DNA from: Parvibaculum sp.
GTDB lineage: Bacteria > Pseudomonadota > Alphaproteobacteria > Parvibaculales > Parvibaculaceae
Assembly: GCA_049303435.1 (NCBI GenBank)
Contig: JBAQNC010000078.1
Span: 1 to 54,752 of the forward strand
DNA: 54,752 nt
Reading direction: 5' to 3'
The notes under the pieces are model-generated. The model made no database searches. It was not told where the DNA came from and saw nothing but the letters and a program-made list of their open reading frames with translations. This document shows, piece after piece, positions 19,163-28,272 of this stretch. A program made the translations under genes and the position numbers. How positions within the stretch are numbered: position 1 is the stretch's first letter; each line of letters starts with the position of its first letter.

Positions 19163-20515
19163 ATGCCCTATGACGCCAATCAGCCGACGCCGCGCAGAAA
19201 GATCGCCATTATCGGCTCGGGCATTGCGGGCATGTCCGCCGCCTGGATGCTGAACCAGTCCCATGACATCACCCTGTTCGAGACCGGCGACCATATCGGC
19301 GGGCACTCCAATACGGTGAACACGGGGCCTCGCCACGGCAACATCGATGTCGATACGGGGTTCATCGTCTATAATGAACTGAACTATCCCAATCTGGTGG
19401 CGCTGTTCGACTTTCTCGACGTGCCGACCAAACCATCCAGCATGACATTCGCGGCTTCGGTCGACGGCGGCGCATTCGAATATTCCGGCACGGGGCTCAA
19501 CGGGCTGCTGGGGCAGCGCAGCAATCTGGTCAGCCGCCGTTTCTGGGCGATGCTGTCGGATGTCGCTCGCTTCTATCGCTCCGCGCCGAAGATGGTCGAT
19601 GAGGCGCAAGAGCTTGAGCTGACGCTCGGGGCGTTTCTCGCCGCCAATAATTATTCCGACGCCTTTGTGCGCGATCACATATTGCCGATGGGCGCGGCGA
19701 TCTGGTCCACCACCGCGCAGGACATGCTCGACTATCCGCTGGCGGCCTTCGTGCGTTTTTTCGACAGCCACGGGCTTTTGAAATTCGCAGACCGTCCGCA
19801 ATGGCGCACCGTCGATGGCGGCAGCATCGAATATGTAAAGCGCCTGACCGCGCCCTATGCCGACAGGATCCGGCATGAAGGGGTCAAGCGCGTGCATCGT
19901 TTTGCGAAGGGTGTGGAACTGGAATTGACATCGGGCGAGCGCGCGTCCTTCGATGAGGTGGTGATCGCTACCCATGCCGACGAGGCACTGGCGCTGCTCG
20001 CCGAACCGAACGAAATGGAAAGCCATCTGCTGGGCGCCTTTCGCTATACGCTCAACGAGACCTATCTGCATAGCGACGAAAGCCTGATGCCGAAGCGCAA
20101 GCGGGTCTGGTCGAGCTGGAACTATATCGACGATGGCGCGGCGACAGCGGGCAAGAACCTCACCGTCACCTACTGGATGAACGAATTGCAGGGGATCGAC
20201 ACAGCTCACCCGCTGTTCGTGACGCTCAACCCGCATGTGATGCCGGAAGCCTCGTCCATCATCCGCCACTTCTCCTATCAGCATCCGCTTTTCGACCGCA
20301 ACGCCATTGCCGCGCAGCGGGCGCTCTGGCAGATGCAGGGGCAGAACAGGACATGGTTCTGCGGCAGCTATTTCGGCTATGGTTTTCATGAAGACGCCTT
20401 GCAGGCCGGATTGGCCGTGGGCGAGGAACTTTCGGGCAAGTTGCGGCCTTGGGATACGCGCAGCCATGTCAGCCGCATCCATCGCGATATGGCGCCCGCG
20501 CTGGCGGCGGACTGA
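19163..20515 (+). CDS. FAD-dependent oxidoreductase, RSP_1091/UfaD-like fatty-acyl desaturase
   Basis: IIGSGIAG, VDTGFIVYN..NYPN, WFCGSYFGYGFHEDA; the upstream ATG at 19124 overlaps the -10 box, so 19163 is preferred. Confidence 0.85.
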   Translation: MPYDANQPTPRRKIAIIGSGIAGMSAAWMLNQSHDITLFETGDHIGGHSNTVNTGPRHGNIDVDTGFIVYNELNYPNLVALFDFLDVPTKPSSMTFAASVDGGAFEYSGTGLNGLLGQRSNLVSRRFWAMLSDVARFYRSAPKMVDEAQELELTLGAFLAANNYSDAFVRDHILPMGAAIWSTTAQDMLDYPLAAFVRFFDSHGLLKFADRPQWRTVDGGSIEYVKRLTAPYADRIRHEGVKRVHRFAKGVELELTSGERASFDEVVIATHADEALALLAEPNEMESHLLGAFRYTLNETYLHSDESLMPKRKRVWSSWNYIDDGAATAGKNLTVTYWMNELQGIDTAHPLFVTLNPHVMPEASSIIRHFSYQHPLFDRNAIAAQRALWQMQGQNRTWFCGSYFGYGFHEDALQAGLAVGEELSGKLRPWDTRSHVSRIHRDMAPALAAD

Positions 20516-21321
20516 TGATGAGATCGAGCCTTTACAGAGGTTACGTCACGCATGCGCGCAGCTGGCCCAAGCGCCACGCCTTTCGCTATCGCGTGTTTTC
20601 GCTGCTGCTCGATCTTGATGAATTGAATGAGATTGATGCGCAGTCCCGCCTGCTGGGCGTCAACAGGTCAGCGCCGCTGTCGTTCCATGAGAAGGATCAT
20701 GGCGCGGGCGCGCCCACCGGCCTCAAGGACTGGGCGCTAGGGCATCTCGCCGTTGCGGGATATGACAGCGAAGGCGCGCGAATCGAGGTGCTTTGTTATC
20801 CACGCATTTTCGGCTACGCTTTCAATCCGTTGACTGTTTATTATTGCTACGACAACGGAGGGAGCCTGATGGCGACACTCCATGAAGTGCACAATACGTT
20901 CGGCGAAAAGCACACCTATGTCTTGCCCGCACGCGAAGGCGGCGACGGCAAGGCGCGGCAGGTCTGTGACAAGGCGATGTATGTCTCGCCCTTCACCGAG
21001 ATGGAGGGGCGCTATGACTTCAAGCTCAATTCGCCGGGCGAGCACCTTTCACTGACGATCAACCTGAGCAAGGGCGATCAACACGTTCTCTCCGCCGGAT
21101 TTCAGGGCGAACGCCGGGCGCTCAGCGACAAGGCGCTCGTCGCTACCTTCTTTCAATATCCGCTGATGACGCTGAAGGTCATCGCAGGCATTCACATGGA
21201 AGCCCTGCGGCTCTGGGTCAAAGGCGTGAAGCTTGTGCCGCGCGCACCTGCGCCCGTGAAAATCGCCGCCTCCCACCAGACCATTCGACCGCTGCAACCG
21301 CGCAAGGGAGATTTCCGATGA
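20515..21321 (+). CDS. DUF1365 protein, RSP_1090/UfaO-like
   Basis: H.R..PKRHAFRY, YPRIFGYAFNPL, EVHNTFGE, KAMYVSPF, IH.EALRLW.KG; TGATG coupling. Confidence 0.88.
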   Translation: MMRSSLYRGYVTHARSWPKRHAFRYRVFSLLLDLDELNEIDAQSRLLGVNRSAPLSFHEKDHGAGAPTGLKDWALGHLAVAGYDSEGARIEVLCYPRIFGYAFNPLTVYYCYDNGGSLMATLHEVHNTFGEKHTYVLPAREGGDGKARQVCDKAMYVSPFTEMEGRYDFKLNSPGEHLSLTINLSKGDQHVLSAGFQGERRALSDKALVATFFQYPLMTLKVIAGIHMEALRLWVKGVKLVPRAPAPVKIAASHQTIRPLQPRKGDFR

Positions 21322-22499
21322 TCGCCATGACAGCCATGAAACGCCTGATGGCCCGGATCAAGGTCGGATCGCTCAACGTCACATTCCCCGATGGCAGCCA
21401 CTATAGCGTCCAGGGCGCACCGGGGCCTTCGGCGACACTCGAAATTCACAACTGGCGGTTTGTCTGGAAGCTCTTGCTGAAAGGCGATCTGGCGGTGGCG
21501 GAAGCCTATATGGACGGCGACTGGTCGACCGAGGCGCTGTCCGACCTTGTCGATCTCGGCGTCGCCAATCTGGAAAGCCTGAAGACGAACAAGTTGCTCG
21601 CCGCGCTGTTTGGTTTTTTCGGATGGATCGCACATCGGCGCAATGCCAATACGCTCAAAGGCTCGCGACGCAACATCGCCTTCCACTACGATCTCGGCAA
21701 TGAATTCTATGGCGCCTGGCTCGACCCGACGATGACCTATTCCTCGGCGCTGTTTGAAGAGAATGACAGCGACATGAGTGCGGCGCAGCTTCGCAAATAT
21801 CATGCGCTGGCCGACCGCCTCCAGATCAGGCCGGGGGACCGCGTGCTGGAAATCGGTTGCGGCTGGGGCGGCTTTGCCGAAGTCGCCGCGCGCGACTATG
21901 GCGCGACGATCGTCGGGCTGACGCTGTCGAAGGAACAGAAGGCCTATGCCGATGCGCGCATGGCGCGGGCGGGCCTGTCGGACAAGGTGGAAATCCGGCT
22001 GGAGGATTACCGGCTTGTGCAGGGCGAATTCGACAAGATCGTTTCCATCGAAATGTTCGAAGCGGTCGGCGAGGAAAACTGGCCGATCTATTTCAACATC
22101 GTGAATAAACGGCTTGCGCCCGGCGGCAGCGCGGCGTTGCAGATCATCACCATCGACGAGAGCCTGTTCGACGCCTATCGCCGCCGCATGGATTTCATTC
22201 AGGCCTATATTTTTCCCGGCGGCATGCTGCCCTCCATCGAGAGGCTGGCCAGCGAGATCAAGCGGCAGGGATTGACGCTGACGGAGCGGCATCTCTTCGG
22301 CATTTCCTACGCCAAGACCTTGCAGCAATGGCGCGACCGCTTTACCACCGCCTGGCCGCAGATCGCCAAGCTCGGCTTCGACCAGCGCTTCAGGCGGATG
22401 TGGCTGTTCTATCTTTGCTATTGCGAAGGCGGCTTTCGCTCGGGGCGCATCAATGTCGGTCACTTCATGCTGAAGAAGGATGCCTCACCTGCGGGTTGA
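21318..22499 (+). CDS. cfa: SAM-dependent fatty-acyl phospholipid methyltransferase (Cfa family, CfaS/UfaM-like)
   Basis: NIAFHYDLGNEFY..WLDPTMTYSSA, LEIGCGWG, SIEMFEAVG, YIFPGGML, YCEGGF. Confidence 0.9.
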   Translation: MIAMTAMKRLMARIKVGSLNVTFPDGSHYSVQGAPGPSATLEIHNWRFVWKLLLKGDLAVAEAYMDGDWSTEALSDLVDLGVANLESLKTNKLLAALFGFFGWIAHRRNANTLKGSRRNIAFHYDLGNEFYGAWLDPTMTYSSALFEENDSDMSAAQLRKYHALADRLQIRPGDRVLEIGCGWGGFAEVAARDYGATIVGLTLSKEQKAYADARMARAGLSDKVEIRLEDYRLVQGEFDKIVSIEMFEAVGEENWPIYFNIVNKRLAPGGSAALQIITIDESLFDAYRRRMDFIQAYIFPGGMLPSIERLASEIKRQGLTLTERHLFGISYAKTLQQWRDRFTTAWPQIAKLGFDQRFRRMWLFYLCYCEGGFRSGRINVGHFMLKKDASPAG

Positions 22500-22502
22500 G
22501 CC

Positions 22503-23222
22503 TCAGGAGGCCGAAGCACTCTTGACCGGGAAGCATTTGCGGCAGCGGAATTCGATGGTCGAGCCGTCGCCACCCTTGAACTGCATCTGCACCCAACGGC
22601 CTTCCGCGTCGTACCAGACATCGTTCTGGATTTCGCCGGTATATTTGTAATGCGTCGCCTCAACGGGGCCGCGTTCGGTCGGCACCTTGTCTTCGCCCAT
22701 GCGCACGAGGCGCACATCATTGATGTGACCGTTGATCGTGTTGACGAGCTTGGTGGCGTCGATGACGCCGGCGTTCCAGTGATCCGTCGGGTAGATGCCG
22801 AGCGGAGCTGACGCCTTGCCGTTCGGGCCATCGACTTCCAGCTTGCCATTGTCGGCTCTCGCCTCGACCGTCGTCACCTTGCCGTTCTGGTCGGTGCGGG
22901 ACTTGAGCGAGACCAGCTCGTCATTCTTCCACAATGAATCCGATGTGTAGGTCATCTCGTAGAAGGTGATGTAGAGCGCCTCGATGGTCAGCCTGAAATC
23001 GATATCGACAGCCAGCGCATCGTCCTTTTGCGAGAAGGTGACGTTCTGATAGCCGACAAGATCGCCGTTGCGATAGACGTCGAAGGAAAGCGTGCTGCCG
23101 TAAAGCGCCGCGACGGATTTCAGATTGCCGACGTTGCTGTCCTGACTGGCGAGAGTGGGAGCCACGCCAGAAAACAGGATGCCCAAGGCGAGCAGGAGTT
23201 TACGGGACGGGAATATGCGCAT
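22503..23222 (-). CDS. Exported protein, DUF6134-like
   Basis: Signal peptide; FDVYRNG..VG, W...ELVSL.S.T..NG, WYD.EGRWV; GAGGT SD upstream of ATG 23222. Confidence 0.7.
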   Translation of the reverse strand: MRIFPSRKLLLALGILFSGVAPTLASQDSNVGNLKSVAALYGSTLSFDVYRNGDLVGYQNVTFSQKDDALAVDIDFRLTIEALYITFYEMTYTSDSLWKNDELVSLKSRTDQNGKVTTVEARADNGKLEVDGPNGKASAPLGIYPTDHWNAGVIDATKLVNTINGHINDVRLVRMGEDKVPTERGPVEATHYKYTGEIQNDVWYDAEGRWVQMQFKGGDGSTIEFRCRKCFPVKSASAS

Positions 23223-23253
23223 GGCGACCACCTCAATTCTGTGCCCTCTCTAT

Positions 23254-23279
23254 TACGGGCACGAAACAAGGTTGGATCA
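23254..23279 (-). promoter_or_regulatory. RpoE-type promoter for the DUF6134-like gene
   Basis: Minus strand TGATCC-N15-CCGTA; its TGA is the stop codon of the acyl-CoA ligase. Confidence 0.75.
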
Positions 23280-24935
23280 GCGTCCGTAAGTTTCGCGAAG
23301 CAGACGCTTGTTGAACTTGCCGGTCGCAGTCTTGGGGATTTCGTCGATGACGATATAATTGTCGGGCACCATCCAGCGCGGGTATCGCGAGGCGAGGAAG
23401 CTCTTGATCGCCTCGATCTGGCATTTGCGACCCTGCTTGAAAACGACGATGGCGAGCGGGCGCTCGGACCATTTGGGGTCCGGCACGCCGATGACGGCGG
23501 CTTCGATGATGTCGGGATGGGACATCAGCGCGCCTTCCATGTCGATGGAACTGATCCATTCGCCGCCGGATTTCACGAGGTCCTTCAGACGGTCGACGAT
23601 CTTGATATAGCCAGCCTCATCGATGGTCGCGACATCGCCTGTCTTGAGCCAGCCGTCTTCGGTGCAGGCGGGAATGGGTTCGGGCACGCCGATATAATTG
23701 TCGGTGATGTAAGGCCCGCGCACCTGCAACTCGCCGCGGGCGACGCCATCCCAGGGGAGCGGCTTGCCTTCATCATCGACGATACGCGCATCGACAAGAG
23801 GCTGGGCGACGCCGTTGGAGGCGCGCAAGGCGAGGCGTTCGTCGTCGGAGGCCGTGTCGTAGCGGGGAGACAGAGGCACCTGCGCGCCGATGGGCGAACA
23901 TTCCGTCATGCCCCAGCCATGCTTGAGCGCGATGCCGAGACGGTCGCAACGGCGGAACATATCGGCGGGCGCGGCGGAACCGCCGACTTCAAAGCGGATG
24001 CCGGGCCTGAGCGTCCAGCGTCCGGGATGTCGCTCCATCATGTCGAGGACGCCTGCCCAGATGGTCGGCACGCCGAGCGCATGGGTGACACCTTCGCGCT
24101 CCATGAGGTCGAGAATTTCCTCCGGCGTGATATGCGCGCCGGCCAGCACCATCTTGGCGCCGACCATAGCGGCGATATAGGGCGTGCCCCAGGCATTGAC
24201 GTGGAACATGGGCGCGAGCGGCAGGATGCAATCGCGACAGGAGAGAGCCAGCGCATCCGGCTGGTTGACAGCGAGCGTGTGGATGACTGTCGAGCGATGC
24301 GAATAGACGACACCCTTGGGGCGGCCCGTGGTGCCCGAGGTATAGCAGATGGAAAGCGGGTCGTTCTCATCGCCATTGCCAGGCAGCACGGCCAGAGGCT
24401 CGTGGCGCATGAGGGCGCCAAGGGCATGACGCTTGCCTGAAGTCTTGCCGTTGACGATGACGAGCGAGAGATCGAGACGGGTTTCGATCCCATCCCAGAG
24501 CGACGCCAGTTCCTCATCCAGAATGATGGCGCTGTCGCCCGCGTCCGACATGATATAGGCAAGCTCGTCGGCGGAGAGGCGCGGGTTCAGCGTATGCAGC
24601 ACCGCACCGATAGCGGGGACGGCATAGAAGAGAGCGAGGTGCTGCTCGTTGTTCCACATGAGGCTTGCGACCCGGTCGCCCGGCTTGACGCCGAGATCGA
24701 CAAGAGCGGCGGCAAGGGAGCGCACGTCGCGCGCCACCCTGCCCCAGTTGGTCCGACGAACCGCGCCGCGCGAATGACGGGCGACGATTTCATGGTCGGG
24801 GAAATAGGTTTCCGCCCGACGGATGAAATCCATCACGCTCAGAGGCATATCCATCATGGTGGTGGAAAGCTTCTGCGCTGCGCGCTTCGCCCTGACCGTC
24901 TCGTAAGACGGCTCGCTCTTCACATCCGCCTTCAT
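23277..24935 (-). CDS. Medium/long-chain fatty acyl-CoA ligase (AlkK-like)
   Basis: YTSGTTGRPKG, PMFHVNAWG, GWGMTE, GWLKTGD, KSGGEWISS, PKTATGK. Confidence 0.9.
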   Translation of the reverse strand: MKADVKSEPSYETVRAKRAAQKLSTTMMDMPLSVMDFIRRAETYFPDHEIVARHSRGAVRRTNWGRVARDVRSLAAALVDLGVKPGDRVASLMWNNEQHLALFYAVPAIGAVLHTLNPRLSADELAYIMSDAGDSAIILDEELASLWDGIETRLDLSLVIVNGKTSGKRHALGALMRHEPLAVLPGNGDENDPLSICYTSGTTGRPKGVVYSHRSTVIHTLAVNQPDALALSCRDCILPLAPMFHVNAWGTPYIAAMVGAKMVLAGAHITPEEILDLMEREGVTHALGVPTIWAGVLDMMERHPGRWTLRPGIRFEVGGSAAPADMFRRCDRLGIALKHGWGMTECSPIGAQVPLSPRYDTASDDERLALRASNGVAQPLVDARIVDDEGKPLPWDGVARGELQVRGPYITDNYIGVPEPIPACTEDGWLKTGDVATIDEAGYIKIVDRLKDLVKSGGEWISSIDMEGALMSHPDIIEAAVIGVPDPKWSERPLAIVVFKQGRKCQIEAIKSFLASRYPRWMVPDNYIVIDEIPKTATGKFNKRLLRETYGR

Positions 24936-24967
24936 CGCAACGCCTCCCCTGCGCTTGCGCTCGATGT

Positions 24968-25816
24968 CTATTGTGCCGCTTTCGGGCCGAACTGGCCGAG
25001 CGCAACGCGGCGCACAGCTTCACTATCAGTCGGTTCATGGCCGACCTTATGCGCGGGTGCGGGAATTTCCTGCACGGTATTGGTGAGACGTCCGACATTC
25101 GTCACTTCGACCTCGACCACGTCGCCGATGTTCATGGGACGTGAATTGGCAGGCGTGCCGGTCAGCACAACGTCGCCCGGCAGGAAGGTGATGTGACGAG
25201 ACAGATCGGCGAAGATGTAGTCGATCGGGAAAGTCATGTCGGAGACCGGACCGTCCTGCACGACCTTGCCGTTGATGTAGGTGCGCACCGTCTGTTCGCG
25301 AATATCGACGCCGCGCACGATGCCCGGGCCGATGGGGCAGAAGCCGTCCTGGCCCTTGACGCGGAGCATGGAGCCCGCGTCCGTGTCGCGGAAATCCTGC
25401 GCGCCGACGTCGTTGGCCGGGGCGAAGCCCGCCAGATGGTCCCAGACATCCTCACGCGCGACATTGCGCATGGGCTTGCCGACAATGGCGGCAATCTCGC
25501 CTTCATAGTTGAGATATTGGCAATCGGCGGGACGGCTGACAAAGCCGCGATGAGCATTGAGCGTCGTCAGCGGCTTCTGGAAGTAGGTCGGCGTGACAAG
25601 TGCGGGCGCGTGGAATTCGACGCGGCGCGAATCATAATTCAAGTGGATGCAGATGATCTTGGTGGGTTCGCAAGGCGCCATATAAGTCGCTTGGCTTTCG
25701 GCCAGACGACGGCCATCGGGTAGACGCAACTCGTCGCCTTCCACCTGCACCCATTGGGGCGTGCCCTGATAGAAAATCCGTCGCCACTCCTCGCGCGGTC
25801 CGGTCAATACAGACAT
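24968..25816 (-). CDS. Fumarylacetoacetate hydrolase family protein (HpaG-like decarboxylase/isomerase)
   Basis: NYEGEIA, ANDV..QD, KGQDGFCPIGP, PGDVVLTGTP. Confidence 0.85.
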   Translation of the reverse strand: MSVLTGPREEWRRIFYQGTPQWVQVEGDELRLPDGRRLAESQATYMAPCEPTKIICIHLNYDSRRVEFHAPALVTPTYFQKPLTTLNAHRGFVSRPADCQYLNYEGEIAAIVGKPMRNVAREDVWDHLAGFAPANDVGAQDFRDTDAGSMLRVKGQDGFCPIGPGIVRGVDIREQTVRTYINGKVVQDGPVSDMTFPIDYIFADLSRHITFLPGDVVLTGTPANSRPMNIGDVVEVEVTNVGRLTNTVQEIPAPAHKVGHEPTDSEAVRRVALGQFGPKAAQ

Positions 25817-25870
25817 GTCTCTCTCCCTGATGTTTTCTTAAAGGTGATGTAAAGGCTCGCTGGGATCCGG

Positions 25871-26773
25871 TCAGACCTCCATCAAGCCACCCTTCATCAC
25901 TTCCTGATTTTGCTCATGGCCGTATGTATCGCGCTGGTAATATTCCGACTGATGCGTCGCCTCGCGCGCACCCCAGCCGATCTCGCACATCCAACCTGAT
26001 GGATTCATGAAATAGAACGAATACATATGATCATTGGCGTGCCGACCCGGCATCATGGTGATGGGGATGCCCGCCTGCCTGACGATCTCGTAGGTGAGGC
26101 CGACATCGTCGAAACTTTCGACCTCGAGCATCAGGTGATTGATGCGCTTTTCGCCGGGCGGACCGAAGGCGACGGTGTGATCACGCGTGTTGCAATGCAT
26201 GAACATGAGATCGAACGGCTTTGGCGCGCCGGGGAAGGGAATACGGTATTCGATGCCGCCGCGCATGCCGAGAAGGCTGTAAAACTCATGGGTCTTGTCG
26301 AAGCCCACGGTTTCCTTCTGGATCAGATGGCCGAGGCCACCATCACCTGTCTTGAATTTTCCGTGCATCCGACGACCGGGATAGAAGGGCTTGTCGGCCT
26401 GCACCTGAGGCCCGTGAAAGACCTCGATCGGAAAACCGCTCGCATCTTTCAGCTTCATGACTTCAAGCACGCGACGCTCTGCGGCTTCCTCATCGGAGCC
26501 AATACGCACCTGAACACCCGCATCGGTGAGCTTCTTGTGCATTTCGCGAAACTCCACGACGCCCGCGACGCGGAAGCCCAGATAGTTCAGGTCGTCCGTG
26601 CCATCTTCATCAAGAATGATGCGGTGGTGCCAATTGTCCATCCTGAGATAACAGCGGCGAGATTCGCCCTCGTCGGCCACTTCGAGGCCCAGGATATTGG
26701 CGGCGTAATCCTTCCAGGCATCGAGACTCTTGACGCCGAGCCCCATGTAGCCAAGTTCCGTCACTTGAACCAT
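25871..26773 (-). CDS. Type I extradiol ring-cleavage dioxygenase (NahC/BphC-like)
   Basis: ELGYMGL, LRMDNWHHRI, GLGH, HCNTRDHT, INHLMLE, GRHANDHMYSFYF.NPSGW..EIGW; GGAGG SD before ATG 26773. Confidence 0.9.
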   Translation of the reverse strand: MVQVTELGYMGLGVKSLDAWKDYAANILGLEVADEGESRRCYLRMDNWHHRIILDEDGTDDLNYLGFRVAGVVEFREMHKKLTDAGVQVRIGSDEEAAERRVLEVMKLKDASGFPIEVFHGPQVQADKPFYPGRRMHGKFKTGDGGLGHLIQKETVGFDKTHEFYSLLGMRGGIEYRIPFPGAPKPFDLMFMHCNTRDHTVAFGPPGEKRINHLMLEVESFDDVGLTYEIVRQAGIPITMMPGRHANDHMYSFYFMNPSGWMCEIGWGAREATHQSEYYQRDTYGHEQNQEVMKGGLMEV

Positions 26774-26811
26774 TTTCATTCCTCCCCTGTTTCGCCTGCC
26801 GCAAGTGCAAT

Positions 26812-28272
26812 TCAAGCGAACGATCCCTTGCGGACCGAGATGTTTTTTATGTCGCTATAGAAATCAAAACTCCATGAACCGCCTTCGCGTCCGATACCGC
26901 TGTCGCGCGCACCGCCAAAGGGTGCTGCCAGATCGCGGACGAAGAAGCAATTGACCCAGAGCGTGCCCGCCGTCACCTGTTCGGCAATGTTCATGGCGCG
27001 CTTTTCGTTACGGCTGAACAATGTGCCTGCGAGGCCGTAGCGCGTGTTGTTGGCAAGCGTGACAACTTCATCGTCACTGCCGAAGCTCTGCCATGTGAGA
27101 ACGGGGCCGAAGACTTCGCGTTGCGAAATTTCAAGCTCCGGGCTCACATCGGCAAAAAGGGTGGGCTCGAAATAAAGCTCACCGAAATTCGAACGTCCAC
27201 CGCCCCAGAGCGGCACGGCGCCATCGGCCTTGGCGCGCTCCACAAATCCGGCGACGCGCTCGAAATGCTCCTTGTGGATCAGCGGGCCGACACGGGTATC
27301 CTTGTCGCGCGGATCGCCAACGACCATGTGAGCGGCAGCGCCGCGCACTTTCTCAAGGAATTGCTCCTCGATCTTTTTCTCCACCATGATGCGGGTGCCT
27401 GCGAGGCAGACCTGCCCGGCATTCATATATTGAGCGGCGACTGTCTGGGCCGCAGCATCGAGATCGGCGTCTGCGCAAATGATGAAGGGCGACTTGCCGC
27501 CCAGCTCGGAACTCATCGGCGTGATGGAACGGGCCGCCGCCTGACCGATGATCTTTGCCGTATCGGTCGAGCCGGTGAAGCTGATGCGATCGACGTCGGG
27601 GTGATTGACGAGCGCGTCGCCCGCTTCCTCGCCGATACCCTGCACGACGTTGAGAACGCCATCGGGCACGCCCGCGGCCTTGGCGATATCGGCCATCAGC
27701 GAGCAGGTGAGTGGCGCCCATTCCGGTGGTTTGATGACGACGGTGTTGCCGGCGGCGAGCGCAGGGCCCACCTTCCATGTCGTCAACATGAAGGGCGCGT
27801 TCCACGGCGTGATGAGAACGGCGACGCCCGAGGGATCATATTTGATGTGATTGACGACTTCGGGCGAGTCGATCATGTGACCGTCCAACGTCAGCGCCCA
27901 TTCGGCAAAAAAGTCGATATTATGCGCGGCGCGCGGGATGACGCGATGGACATTGCCCATGAGGAGCGAGCCGTTGTCCATCGTCTCGACGGCGGCAAGT
28001 TCATTGGCGCGGGCCAATATGCCTTCGGCGAATTTTTTCAGGATCGGCAGACGACCCTTGGGGCCGAGCGCCGCCCAGGCGGGAAAGGCCTTGCGCGCGG
28101 CGGCAACAGCGGCATCGGCTTCCGCCTTGCCGCCTGCCGCCATGTCAGCGAGATGCGAGCCATCGACGGGCGAGGTGTTGGCAAAACGATTGGCCGAGGA
28201 CACCCGCTTGCCACCGATGAAATGGTCGGTCGAGATTTCGACGCCTGCGACCGTAACTTTATTGGCGCTCAT
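26812..28272 (-). CDS. Hydroxymuconic-semialdehyde-type aldehyde dehydrogenase (HpaE-like)
   Basis: ITPWNAP, FTGS, ELGGKSP, GQVCLAGTR, EVFGP, VRDL.APFGG..SGIGREGG. Confidence 0.88.
   Translation of the reverse strand: MSANKVTVAGVEISTDHFIGGKRVSSANRFANTSPVDGSHLADMAAGGKAEADAAVAAARKAFPAWAALGPKGRLPILKKFAEGILARANELAAVETMDNGSLLMGNVHRVIPRAAHNIDFFAEWALTLDGHMIDSPEVVNHIKYDPSGVAVLITPWNAPFMLTTWKVGPALAAGNTVVIKPPEWAPLTCSLMADIAKAAGVPDGVLNVVQGIGEEAGDALVNHPDVDRISFTGSTDTAKIIGQAAARSITPMSSELGGKSPFIICADADLDAAAQTVAAQYMNAGQVCLAGTRIMVEKKIEEQFLEKVRGAAAHMVVGDPRDKDTRVGPLIHKEHFERVAGFVERAKADGAVPLWGGGRSNFGELYFEPTLFADVSPELEISQREVFGPVLTWQSFGSDDEVVTLANNTRYGLAGTLFSRNEKRAMNIAEQVTAGTLWVNCFFVRDLAAPFGGARDSGIGREGGSWSFDFYSDIKNISVRKGSFA

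Noticed and set aside
19088..20482. 464-aa minus-strand ORF
   Set aside because: Antisense to the well-supported FAD oxidoreductase.
23028..24440. 470-aa plus-strand ORF
   Set aside because: Antisense shadow of the acyl-CoA ligase.
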